A stretch of 64,000 nucleotides of DNA from an uncultured beta proteobacterium (GCA_963730465.1 CAVSRR010000006.1:432934-496933), one strand, 5' to 3'; positions 10,500 to 25,321 are shown, counted from the first letter of the stretch. Notes: generated by a model from the sequence alone, not told the origin. Made by a program: numbers and translations.

Positions 10500-11485
10500 T
10501 CAGTCGATTTTCGCGCCCGTCTTGCTGATCACCGGCGCCCACTTGGCCGATTCGCTACTGATGAGACGGCCGAAATCCTCGGGCGTGCCGCCGACCAGCT
10601 CGAAGCCCTGCGCGTTGAGCGTGGTCTTTGACCGAAGGATCCTTGAGGATGGCGCCGATCTCGGCATTGAGCCGCTGCACGATCGGCTTCGGTGTTCCTG
10701 CGGCGACGAGCACGCCGTTCCAGGCGAGCGCTTCGAAGCCCGGATAGCCCGCCTCCGCGATCGTCGGGCAGGTCGGGCAGCAGCGCGAATCGCTTGGCCG
10801 TCGTTACCGCGATCGCGCGCAGCTTGCCTGCCTGGATCTGCGCCTGCAGCGGCTGCATGACCGCGAACATCATCTGCGTTTCGCCCTGGATCGTCGCGGT
10901 GACGGCGGGCGGTGATCCATTGAAGGGAACATGGACGATGTCGATGCCCGGCGGTCGATTTGAGCAGTTCCATCGTCAGATGCGACGAGCTGCCGTTGCC
11001 GACCGACGCGTAGTTGAGCTTGCCCGGATTGGCCTTGGCGTAGTCAACGAGCTCCTTGACCGAGTGGATCGGGAGCTGCCGCGTTGACCGCGAGCACGTT
11101 GGGCTGGCTCGAGGTGATGATCACCGCGTGCGAGGTCCTTCTGCGGGTCGTACGGGAGGTGCGCGTACAGATGCGGCCCGAACGCCAGCGGACCGTTGAA
11201 CGACATCACCATGGTGTAGCCATCGGGCGCGGACTTCGCGACGAGGTCGGTCGCGACGGTCCCGCCGGCGGCGGGCCTGATTGTCGACGACCACGGGCTG
11301 CCCGAGCTTGTCCTTGAGGCGGTCGCCGATGATGCGCGCGAGCACGTCGAGCGAGCTGCCCGCGGGCGCCGCGACGACGAACCTGATCGGCTTGTCGGGC
11401 CAGTTTTGCGCCGACGCGTGAAACGGCAGCCAGCAGACAGTCCCGCGCACGCGGCGACCAGGAGGCAGATTCTCCGTAACGACAT
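10500..11485 (-). CDS. Bug/TctC-family tripartite tricarboxylate transporter substrate-binding protein, at least 4 frame breaks
   Basis: Signal MSLRRICLLVAACAG. Then WPDKPIRFVVAAPAGSSLDVLARIIGDRLKDKLGQPVVVDNQ, GGTVATDLVAKSAPDGYTMVMSFNGPLAFGPHLY, AGKLRAIAVTTAKR, and ELVGGTPEDFGRLISSESAKWAPVISKTGAKID-stop at 10500. Confidence 0.8.
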
Positions 11486-11500
11486 CGACAATTCCTCGGT

Positions 11501-11867
11501 TTACGCGGGGGTGTGGCAGACCGCTTCGATATTGTGGCCGTCGGGGTCGAGCACGAAGGCGCCGTAGTAGTCGGGATGGTAGATCGGGCGCAGCCCCGGA
11601 GGTCCGTTGTCCCGGCCGCCCGCGGCCATGGCCGCCTTGTAGAAGGCGTCGACCTGCGCGCGCGACTCGGCGCGAAAAGCGATGTGTATCGGCGGCACGT
11701 TCGGCGTCCCCTGGCCGATCCAGAAGTCCGGCTTGGGCGCGACGCCGAAACCGGCGGACTCATCGAACTCCATCAACATCGCGTAGCCCAGCGGCGCCAG
11801 CGCGGCGCGATAGAAGGCCTTGCTCTTCGCAACATCTGGAAACGTTGACACCTGAGTGATCGATCAT
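11501..11867 (-). CDS. VOC/glyoxalase-bleomycin resistance family protein, 1 N-terminal frame break
   Basis: MIDHSGVNVS (ATG 11867 after GGAG), then DVAKSKAFYRAALAPLGYAMLMEF...HIAFRAESRAQVDAFYKAAMAAGGRDNGPPGLRPIYHPDYYGAFVLDPDGHNIEAV. Confidence 0.75.
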
Positions 11868-11900
11868 TCTAGTCTCCGCAAACAGCCGCTTGACGCGCAG

Positions 11901-12846
11901 TCAGGCGGACACGCGTCCACAAACGAGATATTCGAGCAGCGCCTTCTGTGCGTGAAGGCGATTTTCGGCCTCGTCCCAAACGACGCTTTGCGGCCCGTCG
12001 ATCACCGCGGCCGAAACTTCTTCGCCGCGATGCACGGGCAGGCAGTGCATGAACAGCGCATCCGGTTTCGCCTGCGCCATCATTTCCTCGTCGACTTCCC
12101 ATTGCGCGAAATCGCGCTGGCGCTCCGCGTTTTCGGCCTCGAAACCCATGCTCGTCCATACGTCGGTCGTGACCAGATCCGCTCCGCGGCACGCCTGCAT
12201 GGGATCGGCGAAGGACTGGAGCCGGGCTGGTGTCCAAAATGCCTGCTCGCTCGGGCTCGACCTCGTAACCGGGCGGAGTCGAAACGTGGACATTGAAATC
12301 GAACAGATGCGCGGCCTGCAGCCAGGTGTTGCAGACATTGTTGGAGTCGCCGATCCACGCCACGGTCTTCCCCTGGATCGATCCGCGATGCTCGACGTAG
12401 GTGTAGATGTCCGCCAATAGCTGGCACGGGTGATATTCGTTGGTCAGCCCGTTGATGACGGGAACGCGCGAATGCGCGGCGAAGCGCTCGATGATGGTTT
12501 GCGCGAAAGTGCGGATCATCACCACGTCCACCATCCGCGAGATCACTCGCGCGACGTCCTCGATGGGCTCGCCGCGCCCGAGCTGGGTGTCGCCGCGATT
12601 CAAGTTGATGGCGATGCCGCCCAGCTGGTTCATGCCGGCCTCGAACGAGACCCGGGTGCGCGTCGACGCCTTCTCGAAGACCATGGCCAGCGTGCGGTCG
12701 CGCAGCGGCTGGTAGATTTCGTAGCGCTTGAAGCGTTCCTTGATCCACCGCGTCCGCTCGAAAAGGTAGACGAGCTCGTCGCGCGTGAAATCCTGCAACT
12801 GCAGAAAATGCTTGGGAGCCACGGGTGTGCTCACGACGGCCACCAA
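11901..12846 (-). CDS. argF: Ornithine carbamoyltransferase, 1 frame break near 12240
   Basis: [14 protein letters not shown]...[16 protein letters not shown]...[11 protein letters not shown], then a second frame with [12 protein letters not shown]...[13 protein letters not shown]...[15 protein letters not shown]. Confidence 0.9.
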
Positions 12847-13001
12847 ACCTGTATTCGCTGAAAAAACAGCATTTTAGCACGCGCCTATCATCGATCCTGC
12901 TTGGTCCGATCCTATGCATCGTGACGCCTTCGTTCCGCGCGCTGCGTTGCCGAATCGTCGCCTGTGCAGTGCGCGCGTGCGGCCTTAGCGCTCGACGGTC
13001 G

Positions 13002-13030
13002 AAAAAAAAGCGCCGCAGGGCGCTTTTTTT
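13002..13030 (-). terminator. Rho-independent terminator downstream of rpsT (flanking A- and T-tracts, potentially bidirectional)
   Basis: AAAAAAAAGCGCC-GCAG-GGCGCTTTTTTT read directly. 5-bp GC stem, 4-nt loop, runs of 8 A and 7 T. Confidence 0.7.
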
Positions 13031-13052
13031 CTCGGAGCTCGGAATGACCGCT

Positions 13053-13317
13053 CTACGGCAGCGCCTTGATGGCTTGCGCCAATCGCGTCTTGTTTCGTGA
13101 TGCGGTGTTCTTGTGCACGATCTTCTTGTCGGCGATCCGATCGATCACCGATTGCTGTGCCTTGAATTCCTTGGTCGCGGCAGCCTTGTCGCCGCCGGCA
13201 ATCGCCTTCTTCACCTTCTTCAGCGCCGTGCGCAAGCGTCGACTTGAGGCTCGCGTTGTGCTGCCGCCGCACTTCCGCTTGGCGGGCACGTTTGCGCGCT
13301 TGGGCAGTATTTGCCAT
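13053..13317 (-). CDS. rpsT: 30S ribosomal protein S20, 1 frame break near 13233
   Basis: [28 protein letters not shown], then with one extra base removed [59 protein letters not shown]. Confidence 0.9.
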
Positions 13318-13580
13318 GTTCGTGAATCCTTGATTGCGGGTTTTGTTGCCGATTGGAGGCGCTTCCGTACTTCGATGGAGCACCCCAAAAAGACCGGGCA
13401 TAATAGCGGTTTTCCGGGTTTCGCGCAAGCCAAAACCCGCTCTGGCGGCTCTTCCAGTCCCTTATTGCTTCGTTTTGCTTCTTTTTCGTTTATTTTCTGT
13501 CGAATTTCCATCGATGTCCATGTGCACTCCGTCCGGCACCCGACCCGCGTGATCGTCGCATCGCACCTGCGCGCTTCAAG

Positions 13581-15120
13581 ATGAATCTGCTCAAGGCGCT
13601 GTCGACCGTCAGCGCATTGACGCTGCTTTCGAGAATCACCGGCCTTGCACGCGAGAGCCTGAAAGCGGTCGGCTTCGGCGCCGGGCCTGCAGATGGATGC
13701 GTTCGAAGCGGCATTCCGTCTGCCCAATATCCTGCGACGCCTTTTCGCCGAGGGCGCATTCTCGCAGGCATTCGTCCCGATCCTCGCCGAGTACAAGAAA
13801 GCGCGAGGCGAGCAGGCGACGCACGATCTCGTCTCCCGCGTCGCCACGCTGCTGGCGGTGCTTTTGCTCGCGATCTCGGTGCTCGGCATCCTCGCCGCGC
13901 CATGGCTCGTCTATCTTCTCGCCGGCGGCTTCGCGCGCACGCCGGGCAAGGTCGAGCTGACGGCGGAGCTGATCCGGATCATGTTTCCGTATATTTTCTT
14001 CATCTCGCTGGTGTCGCTCGCCGGCGGCATCCTGAATGTTCACCGGCGTTTCGCGATTCCCGCCGTAACGCCGGTGCTGCTCAACGTATCGATCATCGTC
14101 GCGACCGTCTTTGTCGCGCCGCACTTCGATCCGCCGATCGTCGCGCTGGCATGGGGTGTCGCGGTCGGTGGCGCGGCGCAGCTTGCATTGCAGATCGTGC
14201 CGCTGGCGCGCCTTGCGATGCTTCCGCGACCGCGCTTTGACTGGCGCGACGAAGGGCGTGAGGCGCGTGCTGCGCGCGATGGGGCCTGCGGTGATCGGCG
14301 TTTCGGCGGCGCAGATCTCGACCCTGATCAACACGCAGCTCGCGGCCTATCTGGGTGACGGACGCATTTCATGGATCACCTACGCCGATCGCCTGATGGA
14401 ATTTCCCAGCGCGATGCTCGGCGTTGCGCTGGGCACCGTCCTGCTGCCCAGCCTCGTCAAGCATCACCACGACGACAACCAGGAGCAGTATCGCGCGTTG
14501 CTCGATTGGGGCTTGCGACTGACGTTTCTGCTCGCGCTCCCCGCGGCGCTTGCGCTCGCGATTCTGTCCGTGCCCTTGATCTCGACCCTGTATCAATACG
14601 GCCGCTTCACGCTCAACGACGTGTGGCAGACGCGCGACGCGCTTCTGGGCTACAGCGTCGGACTCATCGGACTGATCGCGGTCAAGATCCTGGCGCCGGG
14701 CTTTTATGCGCGGCAGGACATGAAAACACCGGTGAAGATCGCGTTCCTGACCGTGCTGGTCACCCAGGCGCTGGCGGTCGCGATGATGTTCCGCATCGGG
14801 CACGCCGGCCTGACGCTCGCCACCTCGCTCGGCGCGTGCCTGAACGCGGCGTTGCTGTTCGTGACCATGCGCCGCCGCGGCATCTACGTGCCCAAGGCGG
14901 GATGGCTGCTTTTTCTGGCCGCATCGCCGTCGCGCTCGCAGCCCTGGGCGGCGTTCTGTGGTGGGCCGCCGGAGGTGACGCGTTCTGGGTCAATGCCGGC
15001 CTGTGGGCCAAGGTCGGGCGGCTGTCGCTGGTGATCCTTGCCGGCGTCGTCGCCTATTTCGCGGCGCTTTGGGTGTGCGGATTCCGGTTTGCCGATTTCA
15101 ACCGGCGCGAGCACGCCTAG
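13581..15120 (+). CDS. murJ: Lipid II flippase MurJ (MviN), 3 frame breaks (about 13689, 14255, 14905)
   Basis: [25 protein letters not shown]; [35 protein letters not shown]; [29 protein letters not shown]...[23 protein letters not shown]; C-terminal TM segments in a fourth piece. Confidence 0.9.
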
Positions 15121-15142
15121 ACGTGTCCTTCGTTCCGCGTCC

Positions 15143-16272
15143 CTAGCGCCGGCGGAACGGCGTCAGATCGAACGCCGAGCGCTCCGTTGATCAGCAAATC
15201 GGCCAGCACCTCGCCGATCACGCTCGAGAATTTGAACCCGTGTCCCGAGCACGGGCTCGCGATCAGCACTCGCGGCTGGTCGGGGTGTCGATCGATCCAG
15301 AAGTGCTCGTCCGGCGTATTGGTGTACATGCATACCTCGGTCGTAGCGCAGCGGGCCGTCCGCGTCCGGCACGAACCGTCCGCGCCAGCGCGCGCACCGC
15401 GGACACCTCGCTGTCGCTGACGTCGCGGCGCAGACGATCCGGATCGGCGATCTCGCCGGCGTGATGGAGCGCCAGCTTCACGCCGTCGCCCAGATCGGGA
15501 AATCCGTAGAAGAACTCGCGCGGCGCGCTCTCCCACAAATGAATCGGGCACCGCGCGGGCGCGAAGATCGCCGGATCCGAGCGGGGAGTGAACCAGCACA
15601 AGACCTGGCGCTCGACGGACAGCGGCAGATTCAAATCCGGGCACCAGCGAAGGAATCCAGGCTCCCGCGGTCAGGAGCAGTTGCCCGGCAAGGTATTCGC
15701 CACGATCGGTGCGCACCCGAACGCCGTCGCCGTCGCTCCGCCAGCCGGTCACGCGCTCGTCGTAGCGCAGCGTCGCGCCATGCGTTTGCGCGAGCGTGAG
15801 GTGCGCGCCGACGCAGGCCTCCGGGAAGAGAATGCCCGCGCGCGGCTCCCATAGCGCGACCATGTCATCGGCCGGCCGCAGTGCGGGGAAGCGCGCCGAC
15901 ACGTCTGCGGCACGTCAGCAGCTCGTGCGGGAGCCGATGCTGCTCGGCGCTCGCTCGTGCTCCGCGCACGAGCACGCCGTCGGGTCGGCCGATCATCAGT
16001 CCGCCGGTGATCCGCAGGAGCTCCTGCCGGACAAACGCTCGAGCTCGTTCCAGAGCTCGTACGCGCGCTGCACGAGCGGCACATACAGCGGATGCTCGAA
16101 GTACGCTTCGCGGATGATGCGCGTCTGCCCGTGGGAGGAGCCGAGCGAGTGCGGCGGCGCTGAAACGGTCCAGCCCGAGCACGCGACGACCCTGTTGCGC
16201 GAGGTGAAAGGCGGCGGCGCTGCCCATCGCGCCCAGGCCGACGACGATCACGTCATAGGATGTCCGCCATGT
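15143..16272 (-). CDS. FAD-dependent oxidoreductase, monomeric sarcosine oxidase / N-methyltryptophan oxidase-like, at least 4 frame breaks
   Basis: [32 protein letters not shown]; [22 protein letters not shown] in another frame; [18 protein letters not shown]; [44 protein letters not shown]. Start codon not resolved. Confidence 0.7.
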
Positions 16273-16398
16273 CGTGACGAAGCAGATGAGGATCGGCACG
16301 GAGATCGCCGCGCCCTGGGCACCGTCGTCTCGCCGGGGCGCCGGCCACACTTCGCGGGCGGTAGAGCGAGAAAGGGCGGCGAGCAGGATGCTTTGAAC

Positions 16399-16839
16399 CT
16401 AGTCTTGTCCGCCGGCCTTGCGGTAGGGGCACTTCACCCGCGTGCATTCGGCGTACAGATAAAGCGCGTGCTCGCTGATCTCGAAGCCGCGCTCGCGCGC
16501 GATCTTGATCTGGCGCTTCTCGATCTCGGGATCGAAGAATTCCTCGACGCGGCCGCACTGCAGGCAGACCAGATGATCGTGGTGTCCGCCCTGGTTGAGC
16601 TCGAATACCGCCTTGCCGGATTCGAAATGGTGGCGCACGAGCAATCCCGCCTGCTCGAACTGCGTGAGCACCCGGTAAACCGTCGCCAGTCCGACATCGA
16701 GGCCTTCGGCCAGCAACTGCTTGTAGACGTCCTCCGCGGTCAGGTGCCGGACCTTGCTGGTCTCGAAGAGATTGATGATCTTGAGCCGCGGCAGCGTCGC
16801 CTTCAATCCGGCGTTCTTGAGGTCGTGCTGGGTCGACAT
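16399..16839 (-). CDS. fur: Ferric uptake regulator
   Basis: Intact 146 aa. [19 protein letters not shown]...[11 protein letters not shown]...[18 protein letters not shown]...[16 protein letters not shown]. Confidence 0.95.
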   Translation of the reverse strand: MSTQHDLKNAGLKATLPRLKIINLFETSKVRHLTAEDVYKQLLAEGLDVGLATVYRVLTQFEQAGLLVRHHFESGKAVFELNQGGHHDHLVCLQCGRVEEFFDPEIEKRQIKIARERGFEISEHALYLYAECTRVKCPYRKAGGQD

Positions 16840-16937
16840 GGCGGTTCGCGGGAGGGGAATGGGCGGCCAGGGATCGCGGACGCACGCCTTACTATGATAT
16901 AGTTTCCGGTCGTTTTTCGCAGCGGAAGCTCAATCTA

Positions 16938-18216
<1,279 letters not shown>

Positions 18217-18239
18217 ACGGCGGCGAGGCGATGCGCCGA

Positions 18240-19010
18240 TGAGCGGTCGCGCATCCCTTCGATCTGAGCGGCCGCCGCGCCCTGGTGACGGGCTCCGGCG
18301 GCGGTCTCGGATTCGCGATCGCGCAGGGCCTGGCGCGCGCCGGCGCTCACGTCATCCTGAACGGCCGCAACGTGGAAAAGCTCGGCGCCGCGTGGCAATC
18401 GCTGGATCGCGACGGACTCGTCGCGCACGCCGTGCCGTTCGACGTCACCGACGCTGCGGCCGTCGACGCCGCCATCAAGGATATCGAGCACCGCATCGGG
18501 CCGCTCGACATCGTCGTCAACAATGCCGCGATGAACCGGCGCCAGCCGCTCGCCGATGTCAGCGACGCGCAATGGCGCGAGTTGATGGCGGCCAATCTCG
18601 ACGCGCCCTTTTTTGTCGCGCGCGCGGTCATTCCCGGCATGAAGTCGCGCCGTCGCGGCAAGATCGTCAACATCTGCTCGCTGGCGAGCGATATCGGCCG
18701 CCCGAACATCGTTCCCTATGCGACGAGCAAGGGCGGCCTCAGGATGCTGACCCGCGCGCTCGCGGTCGAGCTCGCGCCTCACAACGTGCAGGTCAACGGC
18801 ATCGCGCCGGGATTCTTCAAGACCGACATGAATGCGCCGCTGGTTGCGGATGCGGAATTCTCCGCGTGGGTCGCGCGGCGCACGCCGGCGGGGCGCTGGG
18901 CCGAGCCGCCCGAAATTGCCGGCGCCGCGGTGTTCCTGGCGTCGGGCGCCGCCGACTACGTCACCGGTCACATCCTGTATGTCGACGGGGGCTTCAGCGC
19001 GGCGTACTAG
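18240..19010 (+). CDS. SDR family oxidoreductase (gluconate-5-dehydrogenase-like); the N-terminus probably carries 1 frame break
   Basis: TGSGGGLGFAIAQGLARAGAHV (TGxxxGxG), NNAAMN, YATSKGGLRMLTRALAVE (YxxxK), YVTGHILYVDGGFSAAY-stop at 19010. Confidence 0.85.
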
Positions 19011-19011
19011 C

Positions 19012-19368
19012 GGCGCGAGCCTCCGGGCGAGGGGCCCCGTGCGAAGCACGGGGATCGACCGGGAATTGCGAGTCGACGCGGAAGGCCGACGCGCGTCGAT
19101 CGACATCTCGGTGCAATGCAAGGAGGCCGCGGCGCGAGCCTCCGGGCGAGGGGCCCCGCGCGAAGCACGGGGATCGACCGGGAATTGCGAGTCGATGCGG
19201 AAGGCCGACGCGCATCGATCGACATCTCGGTGCAATGCAAGGAGGCCGCGGCGCGAGCCTCCGGGCGAGGGGCCCCGCGCGAAGCACGGGGATCGACCGG
19301 GAATTGCGAGTCGACGCGGAAGGCCGACGCGCGTCGATCGACATCTCGCGACGATGCAAGGAGGCTTC
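19012..19368. repeat. Tandem repeat, 3 head-to-tail copies of a 119-bp hairpin-rich unit (copy starts 19012, 19131, 19250)
   Basis: Aligned by eye: the copies differ at only 3 positions until the degenerate last ~30 nt of copy 3. Each unit carries CCCCGTGC-GAA-GCACGGGG, TCGACGCG-11nt-CGCGTCGA, GTCGATCGAC, and terminal pairing GCG(A)GCCTCC/GGAGGCCGC. Confidence 0.95.
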
Positions 19369-19393
19369 GGCGGCGGTCTCACCGTCCACCCTG

Positions 19394-19423
19394 TTAGCGG
19401 CAAGCTCGCGCGTGAGGTATAAT
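19394..19423 (+). promoter_or_regulatory. Candidate sigma70 promoter of carA (TTAGCG -35, 18-nt spacer, TATAAT -10)
   Basis: A perfect TATAAT at 19418-19423 is conspicuous in GC-rich DNA, 80 nt before the carA GTG. Confidence 0.45.
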
Positions 19424-19437
19424 TCGTCGCTTCCGAG

Positions 19438-19467
19438 AGCGGGGAAGCCACTACTGGCCTCCCCGCT
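19438..19467 (+). promoter_or_regulatory. Stem-loop in the predicted carA 5' leader
   Basis: AGCGGGGAAGCC-ACTACT-GGCCTCCCCGCT, 11 of 12 positions paired, with no U-tract after it. Confidence 0.4.
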
Positions 19468-19502
19468 TATCACGTCTACTGCCCGATTCGAGGAAACACG
19501 CC

Positions 19503-20667
19503 GTGTCCGCCGCCCACGTCCCCGCGATCCTCGCGCTCGCTGACGGGACCGTGTTTCGCGGCCGGTCCATCGGCGCGGCCGCAGCCAGCGCCGGCGAGGT
19601 GGTGTTCAACACCGCCATGACCGGCTATCAGGAAATCCTCACCGATCCGTCTTACGCCGGCCAGATCGTCACCCTGACCTATCCGCATGTCGGCAACACC
19701 GGCGTCAACCCCGAGGACGTCGAATCGAAGCGCATCTTCGCCGCGGGCCTGGTGATCCGCGATCTGCCGGCCCTGGCATCGAACTGGCGCAAGATGCTCG
19801 ATCTGTCGTCCTATCTGCGGGAGGCGGGCGTCCCCGGCATCGCCGACATCGACACCCGAAAACTGACACGGATGCTGCGCGAGCAAGGCGCGCAGAACGG
19901 CTGCATCATGGCGGGAACAGGGTCCGACGCGCCCGACGAAAAGAAAGCGATCGCGATCGCGCGCGCCGCGCCGTCCATGGCGGGGCTGGACCTCGCCAAG
20001 ACCGTCAGCTGCGCCACGCCGTACGACTGGTCGGGCAGCACGTGGGCGCTCGGCGTCGGCTATCGCGCGGGAGGAACGCCGCGATTCCACGTCGTCGCCT
20101 ATGATTTCGGCGTCAAGCACAACATCCTGCGCATGCTCGCGGAGCGCGGATGTCGTGTGACCGTGGTGCCGGCCGCAGACTCCCGCGCGCGATGCGCTTG
20201 CGCTCGAGCCGGACGGCGTGTTCCTGTCCAACGGTCCCGGCGATCCCGAGCCCTGCGACTACGCGGTCGATGCCATTCGCGCGTTTCTCGCCGCGGGCAC
20301 GCCGACGTTCGGCATCTGCCTCGGCCATCAGCTGCTCGGTCTCGCCGCAGGCGCGCGCACTACCAAGATGAAGTTCGGCCATCACGGCGCCAACCATCCG
20401 GTCCTCGACAAGGACACCGGTCAGGTGCTGATCACCAGCCAGAACCACGGCTTCGCCGTCGATGCCTCGACGCTCGCGGCCAACGTTCGGGTGACGCACG
20501 TTTCGCTGTTCGACGGAAGCCTGCAGGGCATCGCGCTCAGCGACAAGCCGGCATTCAGCTTTCAGGGTCACCCGGAGGCGAGCCCCGGTCCGCACGATCT
20601 CGCCTATCTCTTCGATCGCTTCGTGACCATGATGGAGCGTCGGACGTCGGTGCCGGAGCCGCTATGA
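19503..20667 (+). CDS. carA: Carbamoyl-phosphate synthase small (glutamine amidotransferase) subunit, 1 frame break near 20178
   Basis: [16 protein letters not shown]...[36 protein letters not shown], then [11 protein letters not shown]...[10 protein letters not shown]...HGANHPV...TSQNHGFAV...[14 protein letters not shown]. Removing one base restores [18 protein letters not shown]. Confidence 0.95.
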
Positions 20668-21302
20668 GCGCGATCGAGCTCTACGGATGCCGCGGGTGCG
20701 GGTCGGCCGTGATCGAGGCGCTGCTCGAGCGCGCGGGCGTCGAGTTCAGCGTATCACGAAGTCGCGCCGTGGAAGCCCGGAGCCCGCCACGCGACGCGCT
20801 GAAGGCGATCAATCCGCTGGCGCAGGTGCCGACGCTCGATGCTCGCCGACGGAACGGTCATGACCGAGAGCGCGGCCATGATCGTCGCGCTCGACGAAGC
20901 GCATCCCGCGGCGCGCATCCTTCCGCCGCACGGCGATGCGCGGCGGCCGGTGGCGCTTCGCTGGATCGTGTTCATCGCCGGCAACATGTATCCGGCGATC
21001 AGCGTGCGCGATTTTCCCGAGCGATGGGTCAAGAGCGATACGGCGTGTGCCGAGCTCAAGGACGGCGCGGTGGATCGCCTCAAGGCCTATTGGACGATGC
21101 TCGAGGACGCGCTGCAGCCGGCGCCGTTTCTTCTGGGCAAGGAGATGACCGCGCTCGACTTGTACGCGGCGATGCTGGCGCGCTGGAGTCCTGGCCATGC
21201 GTGGATCGATCAGCACTGTCCGCGCATGGCCGCGGCGATCGCGCTGGCCGAGCAGGACCCGATCGTCGCCCGCGTTTGGGCGCGCAACTTCAAGAAGAGC
21301 TG

Positions 21303-21303
<1 letters not shown>
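20664..21303 (+). CDS. Glutathione S-transferase family protein embedded between carA and carB, 1 frame break near 20835
   Basis: [28 protein letters not shown]...[10 protein letters not shown], then [20 protein letters not shown]...[20 protein letters not shown]. Its ATG overlaps the carA TGA (ATGA at 20664-20667) and its TGA overlaps the carB ATG (TGATG at 21301-21305). Confidence 0.8.
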
Positions 21304-24545
<3,242 letters not shown>

Positions 24546-24597
24546 GGCGGCTGCATTGAAGCCGACTTTGCGTTAAAATTGACGTGCAGTCGACGAT

Positions 24598-24634
24598 GGC
24601 CGGGCGCGGCGTTGCCGTGACCGGTCTTTTATTT
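24598..24634 (+). terminator. Terminator-like hairpin plus T-tract after carB / in the greA leader
   Basis: GGCCGG...CGGC-GTT-GCCG...CCGGTC followed by TTTTATTT (24627-24634). The outer stem includes one G-U pair. Confidence 0.45.
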
Positions 24635-24652
24635 GGTAGCACTTGGTAGCAC
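24633..24652. repeat. Perfect tandem direct repeat TTGGTAGCAC x2, 26 nt upstream of greA
   Basis: Read directly at 24633-24642 and 24643-24652. Confidence 0.9.
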
Positions 24653-24677
24653 CCGCTGGCGCCTCATCGCGTAGATC

Positions 24678-25155
24678 ATGAGCAAAATTCCCCTGACCAT
24701 CTCCGGTGCCGAAAAGCTCAGAAGCGAGCTGCAGCGGCTGAAAAGCGTCGAACGTCCGGCCGTCATCGCCGCCATCGCCGAGGCGCGCCTGCACGGCGAC
24801 TTGTCCGAGAACGCGGAGTACGACGCCGCCAAGGACCGGCAAGGCTTCATCGAGGGCCGCATCGCGCGCATCGAGGAGACGCTCGCGCGCGCGCATATCG
24901 TCGATCCAGTCGCAGGTCGACGGCGAGGGCCGCATCGTTTTCGGCGCGACCGTGGATCTCGAGGATCTCGAGCTCGGGACCGAAGTGCGCTACCAGATCG
25001 TCGGCGACGATGAGGCCGACATCAAGGCCTACAAGATCTCCATCGAATCGCCGATTGCGCGCGCGCTGATCGGCAAGGGCGCCGGCGACATCGCCGAGGT
25101 GCAGGCGCCCGGCGGCATCCGCGAGTACGAAGTGCTCGCCGTTCGCTACATCTGA
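24678..25155 (+). CDS. greA: Transcription elongation factor GreA, 1 frame break near 24909
   Basis: [62 protein letters not shown], then [54 protein letters not shown]. Confidence 0.9.
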
Positions 25156-25321
25156 CGCCGGATCGACTCGCGCTCGGGCCGTCCAGGCCGGCCTCGCGCA
25201 TCAGGGAGTGCGGCGACGGCGCCGTTCGCGCGACGCCGGCGCCGAGGGCACGCCCTTCGGCCCGCGGCGGCCTGAGGCCGCAGCCGTCGACGGCGGTCGG
25301 GCCGGCGTCCGCGCGGCGGGG

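Noticed and set aside
12847-12900. ArgR operator (ARG boxes) upstream of argF (CTGTATTCGCTGAAAAAACAGCATTTTAGC)
   Set aside because: It contains ATTC and TGAA half-elements and is AT-rich. It cannot be aligned to the TNTGAATWWWWATTCANW consensus without many mismatches, so it is too weak to call.
16840-16937. Fur box / autoregulatory operator in the fur-bamE intergenic region (ACTATGATATAGTTT)
   Set aside because: This is only a short AT-rich stretch with -10-like hexamers (TATGAT, TATAGT). It has no convincing 19-bp Fur-box dyad when aligned by hand.
19012-19368. CRISPR array or protein-coding repeat (the ORF track shows long ORFs on both strands, e.g. 18152..19543, 18213..19451, 18832..19422, 18994..19473)
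   Set aside because: The 119-bp units are directly contiguous with no unique spacers, so this is not a CRISPR array. The period is not divisible by 3, so each copy is read in a different frame. The Arg/Gly/Pro-rich translations are typical GC-rich non-coding artefacts.
19012-19368. Known riboswitch classes relevant to carA (glutamine, PRPP/ppGpp, ZTP, guanidine, c-di-GMP)
   Set aside because: By eye the unit lacks the conserved cores I remember for these classes. Only a short GCCUCCGG resemblance to c-di-GMP-I was seen, which is not meaningful. I cannot run Infernal here, so this rejection is provisional.
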